A stretch of 64,000 nucleotides of DNA from assembly GCF_003918875.1 (NCBI RefSeq), contig NW_025766459.1:62001-126000 (forward strand), written 5' to 3'. The position numbers and the translations under genes were made by a program. The notes under the pieces are model-generated. The model made no database searches. It had not been told where the DNA came from and saw only the letters and a list, made by a program, of their open reading frames with translations. This stretch comes from Haliotis rubra (Eukaryota). Below, piece after piece: positions 1-12,735 of the stretch (position 1 is the stretch's first letter; every line of letters starts with the position of its first letter).

Positions 1-259
1 TACGAATATATCTTCGTTTGATGATTTTTATCTAAAAACGTTTATATACTACTAGTATAACAACGCCTTTTCATAAAAGATCTTCACGTTAGCCTTAAAA
101 CTTCAAAAACATATTAAATCAGGCATTTCAAATTTGTTTTGCAATTCAAAATTACTGTAATCAAATCAATTATACATTTAGACAATAACATATGATACAG
201 TAAATATTTATAATAGCAGTTAATTTCTAACGCAAATAGTTGGAAAGATAGTATTATAT

Positions 260-289
260 CACGTGAACCATTGATCGTTGCTGTGCAAC
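260..289. promoter_or_regulatory. Putative PIERCE1 promoter motifs: E-box CACGTG (260-265) and RFX X-box-like GTTGCTGTGCAAC (277-289)
   Basis: Motifs read directly about 90-115 bp upstream of the putative first coding exon. RFX X-boxes are typical of ciliary gene promoters. Confidence 0.5.
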
Positions 290-374
290 CAGTTGACAAC
301 GAAGTATTAATAGATCTCCAAGCTCGGGGCTTCAGTCTGTGAATATTATAACATTGTGACAGGAATTTCACAGA

Positions 375-3300
375 ATGGAAGCTAACGAGGAGGTAAGCGA
401 CCAGAGAAGCGATCATTTGGATTCACACTTAAAGAACTAGAAAACCATTTTTTTCTGATAGTCAGCAAGTAATGTTCTTTGATATGACATCCTTATTTAG
501 GCATCTTCAAACCAGATACAGATTATACCATCATAATAATATTGTCAGTGAAGTGTCTCCCGTTGCCATCTATTATTATTTTTGCAGATTCAGAAATTCC
601 TTGATTGAACTATTTGCATTTATGGAATTATTGGGACAGCCAACACACATACTGATTCTTCCTAAGTTTCTAATAGAGTGTTGACAGTGTACTATTTACC
701 AGGGAAACAAAACAAACAGTCCATTAAATCAGGTTTGTTGATTTGATGCTGAGTTGGCTATGGCTATGATACGGAAAGGTATTGATGAAAGAAGTAACCT
801 GAAATCTCAATGTTGTTATGTTTTGACAATTACCCTGATGAAAAGTTGAAACATGTACACGACATAAGAAACTGATCAGGAGTTATGAATACACAATGCC
901 ATTTAGAAAGTGGTCAAATGTAACATATGTTATATTTGGGATTACACTTTCTTAGTAAAGTACAGATTCTAGTAATTTTGAACCTCATCCAGGATTCGCA
1001 CCCAGACCCTCAGAGTCAGGCACCTAATCACCAGCACACAAAGTCAGACGCCTAACCCACTCAGCCTGTTTTAATTCAGTAGTTCCTTTGATTATTTATC
1101 AAACTATGTTATGTCCTTCACAGGGGCGTGTCATGCTTAGAAACAATGTTAAAAAAGACATATAGGTATATAGACCCAACCCTAATACCTACCCTACCTA
1201 CCCTACCCTAAAAGGAAAGGGATGTAACAACGGAATCACCCCCTCCTCAATCAAAGTTAGATTTCACCACATAAACTATTTTTAAGGCCCCGTCGAGGCC
1301 CACGGATCGAAAGCGAGATGATTTCCCTACAAAATGAGCTATAAATGGTCACAATCGGATCATTATTTCAAAAGTTATATGCCACGACTCGCCGAAAACA
1401 GCTACCTTCTGCAATTCCAAGCCAAAATCATGGTTCACCCAAGACAGCGAAAACTCACCTTTTAAATTTGTTTATTAATTCCAGCCACGTTGACAGCACC
1501 TATGTAGGGCTAGATTCGATCGACAGCGCCATTCCATGGGTCTAAAAGCTTATTGCAACATCTACAAATCATTTCCTCGACAGTAAGCAGGCATTTTCTC
1601 CAAACCCATCTGCAATCATACTCACTTGTCGGCCATAGATGGCCTTGACATTCAAGTGATCTGAGCAGATCCGCAGAAACTGAATTGGGCAATCCGATTG
1701 GTGGAAAATATAAAATACTGTAAGATTTTGACTGTTTGCTAATGGGCTCGAAATATGAACTTTGCAATAATCCTATATTTGGGATGATGTACGGAACAAT
1801 AAATTGTTAAGAATAGTTTTAGAGGTTGTAAAAATGCATTCGATATTGATTCATTTTTAGGAAATTATATTTATAAATATTTAACTTCTAAAATTATTCT
1901 TACAAATTTACTGTTCAGGTCACTTAAATGTCAAGGCCATCTATGACCGACAAATGAGTATGATTGCCAATGGTTTTGGAGAAAATGCCTGCTTACTGTC
2001 GAGGAAATGATTTGTAGATGTTGCAATAAGCTTTTAGACCCATGGAATGGCGCTGTCGATCGAATCTAGCCCTACATAGGTGCTGTCAACGTGGCTGGAA
2101 TTAATAAACGAATTTAAAAGGTGAGTTTTCGCTGTCTTGGGTGAACCATGATTTTGGCTTGGAATTGCAGAAGGTAGCTGTTTTCGGCGAGTCGTGGCAT
2201 ATAACTTTTGAAATAATGATCCGATTGTGACCATTTATAGCTCATTCTGTAGGGAAATCATCTCGCTTTTGATCCGTAGGCCTCGACAGGGCCTTAAAAA
2301 TAGTTTACGGGGTGAAATCTAACTTAGATTGGTTCCGTTGTTACATCCTTTTCCTTTTATATAGTACTAGGGTAGGGTCTATATACCTATATGTCTTTCT
2401 AACGCTGTTTCTAAGCGTGACACGCCCCTGTGATGTCCTCGACATTCAGAAAAATTACCTTTTAATGACACTTGATCTATTCCTTCAACTTGGATAAAAT
2501 ATACCAATACCTGCGTCCAAAAGGGCCAGTACAGGGGTGGAAGTAACACATTGCCCGACGTCCGAGTCCAGTGTTTTTTTTCTGTCGGGCAAGCAAATTT
2601 GTATATCACACTGTACCGGTGTCCAGTTGACTTTCCAATGTTAATTATGTTGTTTATTTAAAAAATCAGCAATAAAAAGGTCGGTATAGTGGGAAAATTA
2701 TCAGGGCAAGTGACTTTACATGTGCCACTGTACCGGAGTACACTATCAAGATTAAAGTTATTTCCACCCCTAACTCACTCTTTGTTAATTTCAATGTCCT
2801 AAATAAGGTAACACTGTAACAAGTGTAAGAGGTGATCATGACTAGAAAATGAATGTGATATCTTTCCAAAAGAGTCATAGAATTCTGGCATGGATCTGTA
2901 ATCTTTGTTTAGGGCTACACATTGTTTAAATTGTTGACAATCTGATCTCCTAGAAATGGAATAAAGCTACAGGTTTAATTAGCAACATACTGATAATTTC
3001 ACTATATATGGATTCATTCACAGAAATGCAAACAAACAACGGAATGTGCTATGCTACTGCTTGACGAGTTGATGATGTTAAATATTTTAAGTGTATCCAC
3101 ATTCCTTACTTGCCACAGCAGGTATAACAAACATGCTAATATAAAATACAACGGACTTATGAAATCATAGTGAGTGTATAATGATAATAAACATGTGTAA
3201 AGTTGATTTTGTGTATGTAACTCAGTATCTGGTGTATCCGCAGTGTTGAGTGGTACCTGCATGACACCTTGATGGCACGCTGTTGAATGACTTCCAATAG

Positions 3301-5170
3301 TGGCCCTTGGTATTTCCTGCAGATTCGAATCTATTGTGTTGTGCATTTAATGTAGTGAGATGATCTTGTCTTGGTGTGGGTTTTTTGGAGGGTCTCCAAT
3401 TCCCAGGTCTCACCGAACCCTGGTGGGTGACCCATTTGATGTACTCATGCCACATTTAAGAATTTACATTTTTTCATTTGCCAAACATCCAGGCAACTTG
3501 CGACACTATCTATCTCCCCCGCCCCTCACTCCCACACTGGAGTCAGGGTTTCACCTGGATTCTGTCTGATCACTGAGATACACATGATGAGGCACCCAAC
3601 ACACAGACTTCGGCTTGTTTGTTTATGTGCATGTTCAGCTTGTATGTGCATGTTCAGCCTGTTTGTGCTTGTTCAGCTTGTTTGTGCATGTTCAGCATGT
3701 TTTGTACATGCAGAATGAGAAATTTCATTGTGATTACATATTGCAATGTCAAACCACTGTAATGTGAATATATAGCTCAACCACAGGTACATTCAAATGA
3801 TAGTTCCCACATCTGCAACTACCAAACTGTGGATGAAATTGAACTGTAACTTTTCACATCAGACAGTGAAAGTGACTGGTATGAGAACCTGTATTAGTTT
3901 TCCTCAAGGTAGGACAGTGAGGAAACAAGAAGTACATGACGCATATAAGTTTCTTTGCAAACTGTATTCAATACACAACGTTACAGGCCAGGTTACAGAA
4001 ACAGATGGCGTTCATTAGTGGTGTGTGGAGTTGCCTCCCTTAGGTGGTTCAAATCCTGCTTTTCTGTGATAGTATTTTGCTATGCTCAGTCATTCCACCG
4101 AAGTGTAAACGTTGAAGACCTTCTTCACCTAAGATTCTCCTCTCACACGAACACAGCATGGTGTTAAGTAACGGAAATCGTGTTCACAGCAGTGATCAAC
4201 CAAAGTCAGCAGTATTTCGCGGTACCTGATTTGGCTGTAATATAGCAATATTCACGAAATGAGACATATGTAACAATTTGCATATAGTATTTATTGTGAT
4301 GCTTCCAGACACAGACGCCCCAGGCACCGGAGCTTGGACCAGGAGGGGTGCCCAAGGATGCCAAGACATCTGACTACTACCGGACAAAGGAGATGCCAGC
4401 CAGGTTCGACAACCCCAGTAAGTACATCATGAAGTGACACAAGACAGTCTGAGTCATTCAGCTCATGTGCTGACCCTTTTTTCAACAAAATGATCTTAAC
4501 TGCCGTGTGTCACTTCAGTCGCAGTCGAAGATTGTCTTGTGTAATGGACTCATGGGCTGTGTATTTCCATTGTAAACATTAGTAATCACTAAATAACTGA
4601 ATGTGAGTTTGTGAGGATCGTATGGACAGTATGGAGGAACTGATGGTGTTGATGTGTGTGTTGCAGACTGGTTCGAAGGCTACGTCGGGAAGCCCCAGCA
4701 CCCCATGTACATGACGACATCCTCCGAGTATGGCCGTCGGGCACCGAGCGTTCACACCATGCCAACATGTTTTCATGCCAAGTCCCAGCAATTCTCAGAG
4801 GTATGACAAAAAACATTGTCAGCTATGCTAATACAAGACTTTGGGGGGATACAACATTATTTACAAAATGTTGATTTTAGAGATTATAGAATTGTATTTA
4901 GTTGGCATGAATTAGCTAAAAGTAGACAAAACTGTCCGCACTTGAATTTGGTATATGTCAATTATACACAGTATATTTTGGATAGAATCTAAGAAGTAAC
5001 TCAAGTTGTTAATCCTCATATTTGAGAATCTTGCAATGATTTAGCCTTGAATGTAGGTTTGGTCTGTCCTATTGGATTCAGGATGTAATGTTGTGTTTCA
5101 GAAACTGGGCGTATGCGGCATGTACCGGAACCACTCGCTGAACACAGGTCTAGACCAGAGTCGTGTCTAG
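375..5170 (+). CDS. PIERCE1: Piercer of microtubule wall 1 (PIERCE1/C9orf116-like), ~109 aa, 4 exons: 375-392, 4309-4417, 4667-4800, 5102-5170
   Basis: Phase-consistent GT-AG exons give MEANEE|TQTPQAPELGPGGVPKDAKTSDYYRTKEMPARFDNP|NWFEGYVGKPQHPMYMTTSSEYGRRAPSVHTMPTCFHAKSQQFSE|KLGVCGMYRNHSLNTGLDQSRV*. The motifs TSDYYR..P.RF.NP.WF.GY, YG.RAP.VH.MP and GM.RN..LN match the PIERCE1 family. Exon 1 is the least certain. Confidence 0.88.
919..1066 (-). mobile_element. tRNA-like interspersed repeat (family D), truncated
   Basis: Near-identical to 58401-58553 and ends at the same TGTAACATATGTTATA boundary. The minus strand has A/B-box-like motifs. Confidence 0.7.
1119..2432. mobile_element. Foldback-type non-autonomous DNA transposon with ~520-550 bp inverted arms
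   Basis: Arms 1119-~1670 and ~1911-2432 are reverse complements (termini CACAGGGGCGTGTCA / TGACACGCCCCTGTG; mirror ORFs 1345-1545 and 2034-2234). Flanks ATGTCCTT / ATGTCCTC form an 8-bp TSD with one mismatch. Confidence 0.85.
2532..2772. mobile_element. Degenerate hAT-like MITE
   Basis: TIRs CAGGGGTGGAAGTAAC ... GTTATTTCCACCCCT(A) with subterminal TTGCCCGAC / GTCGGGCAAG motifs. No clear TSD. Confidence 0.5.
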
Positions 5171-5628
5171 CTGTCTAATATTGTACACATTCACAGATCT
5201 CACATTCCACACCTCTGACTCTTGCTAAAATTTTAGTCAGTGTTTTGTTACATTTTATTATGAAAAGTTTCTTACATCTGCATAAATGAAATGGAAATGA
5301 AGCAATATAATGAAAGTTGAGAGTTATTCAGTAGTCTGTTGTTGAAAGTGGTAATAAACTATATCATATGATGATGATATTAATATTTCAAGTATTTAAA
5401 GTTACTGGGAACATTTATATAAAACTACATCCAAGTCTTATTGTTGATATCATGTGTAGTGGGGTGTTATATACATCAGTCCTACCAGATATTGGAGGGT
5501 GAGTTTACTTTCGTCGCTTGCATGCTGTGTGTGGAAATCATTGTATATCATTTTATATATCATTAAATCTTCCATGCATTGCCTGAGTTGTGTTCCCTCT
5601 GTAAGTCTCCATGTGTTCATGTCGTGAA

Positions 5629-5793
5629 GGGCAGTGGGGTAGTCTAGTGGTTAAAGCGTTGGCTCGTCACGCCGAAGACCCAGGTTCGAATCCCCACATG
5701 GGTACAATGAGTGATGCCCATTTCTGGTGTTCCCCGCTGTGATATTGCTGGAATATTGCTAAAAGCAGCGTAAAACCAAACTCAGTCAGTCAG
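5629..5793 (+). mobile_element. tRNA-derived SINE family A
   Basis: A-box/B-box head (TAGTGGTTAAAGCG...GGTTCGAATCCC), tail GATATTGCTGGAATATTGCTAAAAG...(CAGT)n, 12-bp TSD TCATGTCGTGAA. Confidence 0.9.
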
Positions 5794-5962
5794 TCATGTC
5801 GTGAAAGTTGGAATCTGCTATATTGCTGTTGTTGTGATAACAATTTATTGTTTAAAGTATTTAATTGCCTTCTTTCTTGTGTTGAAAAACTTTGTCCTAC
5901 TGTATTGTGGTGTTTCAGTTGGTATTCAACCGAGAAAAAAAATCTCTTTGCCTGATGTCGCC

Positions 5963-6466
5963 CATCCTCGATATCTCCAGGGTATACGTTACGATCACTC
6001 TGCACTATATCCTGGATGCATCCACGCCTTGGCCCGATAATTATATTACCTCCCTTTGCTGGCTCCTCATTCTCACAGTAGCCAATCAGCTAAGCCGCCG
6101 TTACATCAGAGCTTGCCAGTGTCAACAGCTTGACAGCGGTCGCAGTCGCGAAGGTTTGTTCGCAGTACCACTCAGATTTGAGAAATAATACAAACAAATT
6201 GACAGATCTGAAACTTTACAAAACATGTAAAGAACTCCTTCCACATCTTCAGAGTGCCCTCTGCATCTATTGTGTTGCCAAGTTTAAACGGTTAGATAAT
6301 TTAAGAAGTGAAAGTGAGTTGTGACTGGTTCGCTCAACTTCCCAGCGTAGACACCTGATTGGATAAAAAGCCAGGCAAGGGAGGTAATAAAATCAACATA
6401 GCCGTGGATGCATCCAGGGTATAGTGCAGAGTGATCGTAACGTATACCCCGGAGATATCGAGGATG
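5963..6466. mobile_element. MITE with long TIRs and 9-bp TSD (Mutator-like)
   Basis: TIRs CATCCTCGATATCTCC...CACG (at least 60 bp) at both ends. Perfect direct repeat GATGTCGCC at 5954-5962 and 6467-6475. Confidence 0.85.
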
Positions 6467-6570
6467 GATGTCGCCAAAATGCATTTTCAATTTGGGCAAG
6501 CACAATATGTTGTCCGTGGATATCCATAGATGTTGATGCGGTTCAACATCTGATTGTTCTTACATCTAAG

Positions 6571-6739
6571 GGGGCGGTGGGTAGCCAAGTGGTTAAAGCG
6601 TTGGCTCGTCACGCCGAAGACCCGGGTTCGAATTCCACATGGGTACAATGTGTGAAGCCCATTTCTGGTGTTCCCCTGCCGTGATGTAGCTGGAATATTG
6701 CTAAAAGCGATGTAAAACCAAACTCAGTCAGTCAGTCAG
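6571..6739 (+). mobile_element. tRNA-derived SINE family A
   Basis: Same consensus as the 5629 copy; 13-bp TSD TCTTACATCTAAG. Confidence 0.9.
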
Positions 6740-7832
6740 TCTTACATCTAAGACTTTGGTGGTTCTTATCCTGGGTACATACCCAGATCATGCTTTTCAG
6801 GACAGGTATACAACTCATGTGGAGTTCCACAAGGATCTGTCCTTAGCTCTGTGTTGTTTACTTCACGCACAGGAGTGAGTGAGTGAATCTGGCTTTATGT
6901 CACATTTTGCTTTATTGTAGAAATATCAAAGCAAATGACACCAGAAAGAGGCTTCACACATTGCACGCACATATACACAGGGTGTATCAGTGATTATCAT
7001 GTGGATTATCATTGCTACAGTCTTCAATATCCAAATCCAAGGCACCATTCCACAAACTATCTTAGCGCTACTTTGATCATACGTCTAAGCGCTATGCTTC
7101 AGGGCCAGGAATCACTCTTGTTCTACATGTGTGATGTCTTCAGTGACAATACCTACCTCAAAACTTAATGACAATAAGACTGACATTTGATTGGCTGGTT
7201 TGTCTAAGTTATGTGAACTCTATCATTATTTTTTTGCTTGATATCAATGTTTGAAAATATACACTCATTTTTCTTACAATGAAAGTATAACCCGCATTGT
7301 GCTGAAATGTTATGAAGCCTCTGTTTGTCAAGCTAAATAGGCCAGAGTAACCGCCCTTTGATTATGTATAATAGGTGCCAGTTGATTTAGACTGGTCTCC
7401 TGTCTAATCCCAAAGCAAAAGATGTTAAGTCATCACTGTTGAGTGTGGAACTGACCACATAGCCAGCTGACGGCCAGGCAACAGCTGGACTAAAACAGTA
7501 GTCTGCGCATCGCGACACAAGAACCACACCTATATCTGCAGCACGTGAAATGGATCTTATAAGTTCTAACAAGGTCATTCGTTTATCAGTCGGTCACCAA
7601 TGACGTCATTTCCAAGGGACATAAGCCATGGTGTGTTTATTATGGACATAGAAGTAATAAAGTGCAAGACAAAAAAGGTTCATTTTCGTGTAAACCTGTC
7701 CATTAAAACCTTATTTCACCACAATCGCTTATGTGCGATATTCTCAATCTCATCGTATTGATAATCATTAAAACATCTTCTCATCCAGGATATTTCCGAT
7801 TATCAATCATTTTAGTATCAGCATTGAAGATG

Positions 7833-8103
7833 GGTGAGTGAGTGAGTTTAGTTTTACGCCGCACTCAGCAATATCCCAGCTATATGGCGGCGGTCTGTAA
7901 ATAATCGAGTCTGGACCAGACAATCCAGTGATCAACAGCATGAGTTTCAATCTGCGCAATTGGGAACCGATGACATGTGTCAACCAAGTCAGCGAAACTG
8001 ACCACCCAATCCCGTTAGTCGCCTCTTACGACAAGCATAGTCGCCTTTTATGGCCAGCGAATGGGTTGCTGAAGACCTATTCTACCCCGGATCTTCACAG
8101 GTC
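7833..8103 (-). mobile_element. SINE family B
   Basis: Homologous to 19148-19358, 24628-24855 and 32495-32816; (ACTC)n tail; TSD GCATTGAAGATG. Confidence 0.85.
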
Positions 8104-9274
8104 GCATTGAAGATGAGCCAGGTATGTTTCTTAGTTTGTTGTTGAACATCCTCTTTTCCAACATTACAGCTGGAAACAGTCAAACCCCGCTCTTACCCAA
8201 AATAACCCTTCTTGAAGGTTTATAGTCATATGACTTATCCCACCGGGTACCCATTTTCTGCTGGGTGAACAGAGACAATTTTGAAGCAACTCACTTGCCT
8301 TAGGTGAGGCTACATGTGTCACGTGGACTTCATTTCAGAAGCCCTAGCCAGGAGTCAGGCTGCCAAACACTGTCACCCATCCATGGACTCTCCGTGGTCA
8401 ACATTGTCTAACTTCAACTGATTTGAGACCTGGTGTCTATGGACAAGACCACACACCGCAACTCATCTTTTGAGCAGACAATATTGCACAGGGCCATTGG
8501 GACGTTCATTTGCCTCCTGTGTCATTTATCCATGAACAACTATGCAGTAACGTCTTCAAGCACGGTAACGTTAGACCCATATGCTGCCTTATCTCCGCAG
8601 ACAAGCCAGAACTCGCCCAGTACTAGGTGTCAGGTACCAGGAACTGGAGAGATCAAGACATGGCAACGGATTCCAACTTTCGTCATCGGTATGGCGACGT
8701 GGTAGTGTCTCATTGAGGCGCGCGATTGACGTACGCAGTGTTAAACCGGCGGTTTATGACTTTGCAGTGACTTACAAGCTCCTTGTCACACGTGCGTTTA
8801 GTTTTATAGTGGCCTCCTGACAGCATTTCTCGTCATAAAGAACAATTCTGTTTACATGATGCTAAAACGCAGCTCTCGTTAGACATTTGTGTTTAAACGT
8901 CAAACATGCTCGCGCTTTGTTTCAAGCGACTCACGATGTCCTGGTGTTCTTTCCTATAGAAGTCGTTTTATGTTCTGTTTATAACGACGCTTTAATTATT
9001 AGATGGGTTTGACCTTTCAACTACGATCATATTTTAAGCATATATTTCTTGTTTCTATTGCCTATAGCCTACTTTTCCTAGTCCAACGACATCGGGTACA
9101 TGTGTTGTGGGTAGGTAGGTTTTAAGAGCGTTATCATGAAAATGGTGAAATGGAACTGTATGTGCTTTGGCATGGAAACAGTTCAGGATATGTGCCCCTA
9201 ACCACACCCTGTGTGGACAGTACGGTCAACATCGTTCGTATGTCCATGCTACCGGGCGAAGCGTTATTCACAAA

Positions 9275-9945
9275 GTATTATAACATGTAGTGACAAACAT
9301 GTTATAACATGGAGTGACAGATGTGTTATACAATGGGGTGTCAAACATGTTATTACATGGAGTGACAGATGTGTTATACCTTAGAGTATCAAACATGTTA
9401 TAACATGGAGTGACAGGTGTGTTATACCATAGAGTATCAAACATGTTATAACATGGCGTGACAGATGTGTTATACCATGGGGTGTCAAACATGTTATTAC
9501 ATGGAGTGACAGATGTGTTATACCATGGGGTGTCAAACATGTTATTACATGGAGTGACAGATGTGTTATACCATAGAGTATCAAACATGTTATAACATGG
9601 CGTAACCTATGTGTTATAACATGGGATATCAAACATGTTATAACATGGCGTGACAGATGTGTTATACCATGGAGTATCAACCATGTTATAACATGGAGTG
9701 ACAGATGTGTTATACAATAGAGTATCAAACATGTTATTACATGGAGTGACAGGTGTGTTATACCATGGAGTATCGAACATGTTATTACATGGAGTGACAG
9801 GTGTGTTATACCATAGAGTATCAAACATGTTATTACATGGAGTGACAGGTGTGTTATACCATAGAGTATCAAACATGTTATAACATGGAGTGACATGACA
9901 TATGTGTTATACCATGGAGTATCAAACGTGTTATACCATGGTTGA
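9275..9945. repeat. 48-bp minisatellite, ~13 copies
   Basis: Unit AAACATGTTATAACATGGAGTGACAGATGTGTTATACCATGGGGTGTC. Confidence 0.95.
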
Positions 9946-11782
9946 CAAACATGTAATAAAGGGAAACACATTGATCCGAAATGTAAATATGTCTCGTTCA
10001 GCTTTGGATTCGGATATATCAGATTAGTTGCCATTTAAAGAAAGTTTGAGCAGATGTCACGTCTGACGTCACTCGTCACCATTCGCCCCTTTCCGTAACC
10101 ATCAAGGAGGTTCGTCCGGGAACAACACGTTTTAGTCACGAATGGCCGCGGAACATAAACTTGATCATTTCCAATGTTTGAAGTTACTTTTGTAACAGAA
10201 CTATTCCTCAATGATTTATCTGTCAAGATATTAATAGTCGACTTGGCACAACTGTGATTTTTTTCACATCAATTCCTGATACCAGAAAATGATCGATTGT
10301 AAATGTTGTATTTATGTGTACATTAACGGCGGAGTCACTGCCTACTAGCCTGTTCTGCATATAAACAGTTTCCAACAAATATACACACGGCATTTTGCCA
10401 AATGTGAATGCATCTTTAATATTAGTCTTTTAAGAAGCAGCAATTAAGTGTGCTCCAAATGTACCTATATCATGCTGTGCTCCAACATAAAACCATTCTT
10501 TGGATAAACTGCCATGAATCCTGTCTCTTGTAGATTCCATTTTCTAAATAATTCGTTAGTAGTTCGGCAATGGGGTTAAACGCACAAGTCTTTCGAGTCA
10601 ATTTCCCCTAGCCAGCAAGACACAGAGTAGTCTCCACCAAACTTTGTTGTGCCTTTTTAAACAAATTGTCACAAGTTTAGATGTCTGAAATTTCAACTAT
10701 GAATTTAATTCTAAATTGTCATTGTTTGGGTCAGTAAAGGTACTCTTGTCATCCTTGAAATCGTATACAACAGTTGTGTGGACGGCTAGAAATAATTTCA
10801 ACAGTGAACAGGTATGCTTAGTTGAACTTGAGTTAAATATGTTTGGCATGTGAAGGTTTTGGGAGGATACAGCAAAGGGTCATGTGCGGGTCAGGTGCTC
10901 CCTATTGCAATCAGAGGATGGCTGGTTAGGCACTGAAGTATGACCTTGACGATGAGGCGCGGGATGCTTCAGGATGGCCATCAGGTACAATAAAGCGAAT
11001 CCAGGCAATCTTACAGTGATTCGCCATGGAGATTAAGGCACCCATGTGTCGCGCGGGCATTGACCCCGGGACAGTTGCTAGACAGGTTGGCTGACCGATG
11101 ACGTCTCCAGGACATTGATGTGTTGATAATAGTTTATATTAACACGCATTGAGTCTTGCGGACCGCTGACCGGCTATAATAGGTCCTGCTTGTTTCCACC
11201 AGTGATGTTACCTGCATTTGTACGAGGAGATGTCCAATATGTCCCCAGTGGCTTGTATTCAGCAGAATGTACTTAGCCCAAAATGTCTGCTTTTTGCGAT
11301 ATTTGGACTCTTCGTAACCTTGGTGTGACCTTTTGACTTGGGTGATACTGAAAGCTGAAATTTCTTAGAAGAGCAGCATACAACATATTCCGGTTTGTTT
11401 TAAATTTATTTTGTTGTTGTTTTTGGTTTGTTTTGGTATTTTTGTTTGTTGTTGTTGGGAGGTTTTTTTTGCGATATTCTTATTTTGAACTTTTTGGGTT
11501 CCTTTATTTTCTCAACATGTATTTCCACATACCTTTAATATCTTCTCCTCAGAAATGGTTTGAGTTTGTTCTCGTGGTTTGAATCTGATATGGCAGTCGG
11601 GACACGTGTGTTAAACAACAATGGTGAGGTTACAGCTCGTCCATTTCTGCTAAAGATGTCGTGGAAATGTCTTCGCTTTAACCAAAACTCTTTTTCTTCC
11701 CTTTTACTGTTTCTCTGAGTCTTTTCACTGTAATTTCCAGATCGAGAAATCTGTCGTGTTTGTAGGGTTCTTCCTAAGACGC

Positions 11783-11950
11783 CAGTCAGTCAGTGAGTAT
11801 GGTTTTACACCGCCTTTAGCAATATTCCAGGAAGATCACGGCGGGGGACACCAGAAATGGAATCCACGCATTGTACCAATGTGGGAATCGAACCAAGGTC
11901 TTCGGCGTGACGAGCAAACACTTTAACCACAAGGCTACCCTACCGCCCAC
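11783..11950 (-). mobile_element. tRNA-derived SINE family A
   Basis: Reverse complement of the family A consensus. Confidence 0.85.
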
Positions 11951-12021
11951 CCCAAGAATACATGGCATTCTATATAAATCATTAAGGGTTTACTGTTCGG
12001 TTTCTATATACACCAAACACC

Positions 12022-12735
12022 TACAGTCGAACCACGGAAATGGCGTCTTCCCGGTTATGTCGAAATCCCATACCGGTTCCTCTGAATTCCTGTTATATTT
12101 ATTTCATCATTTATTTTCGAAACTGTCGAACTGATATGTCAGATTCCTGATTGTCTCGAACTCATTTTAGACTCGAAATTATCACATTAAGCATAAATTT
12201 CACCAGTTCAAAATAAACTATGACGTCCACTCGGTCACTCTCACCAAACTTTCAACCGATTTCACACACACCTTCAACTGGCCGACGTCATCGCCAGAGT
12301 ACTTGGCAACAACGTCAACTTCTATTCAAGCCTATAATTAATAAGGACCCCTTACGTTATCTGTGGTGAAAGTCAGTTTCTTTATACCAATCGTCAGCAG
12401 GTTACTCACGTGTCCTCACGTGACTACTGTTGACAGTACGAATAGAGATGACTAAAGCGGATTAAGAGCATGTTTGTGAATCTATTAGTCGAGATACAAC
12501 TTCGACAATGACGCGGATCCAGATGTGGATAGTGAGATCGATGGTATGCCTGAGTTGTCGACCTTTTCACTAACATGGTGTCATAAGTCCAGTGGTGGGT
12601 CCGGACCTGCCAATTATCTCCAATAAATGGTGCTTGGTTTTGGAAAATGTATTTTGTTGGGGTTTTTTTTCGAATACCGGATAACTCGAATTTTTTTTAC
12701 AGGTTCCCACGTGTTCGACTCAACGGGGTTTGACG
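12022..12735. mobile_element. Degenerate Tigger/pogo-like MITE
   Basis: Left TA|CAGTCGAACC..., right ...GGGGTTTGAC, with internal repeated TCGAA motifs. Ends are decayed. Confidence 0.4.

Noticed and set aside
1345-2234. Two nearly identical 66-aa ORFs on opposite strands
   Set aside because: Mirror images in the arms of the foldback element; no coding features.
3862-3907. Alternative first exon for PIERCE1 (ATGAGAACC...CAAG|GT)
   Set aside because: Ends in phase 1, incompatible with the phase-0 acceptor at 4309.
6571-6739. Possible tRNA-Asp genes (also the other family A heads)
   Set aside because: The tRNA-like head continues into a SINE body and tail with TSDs.
9268-10034. 217-aa and other repetitive ORFs
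   Set aside because: 48-bp minisatellite translations.
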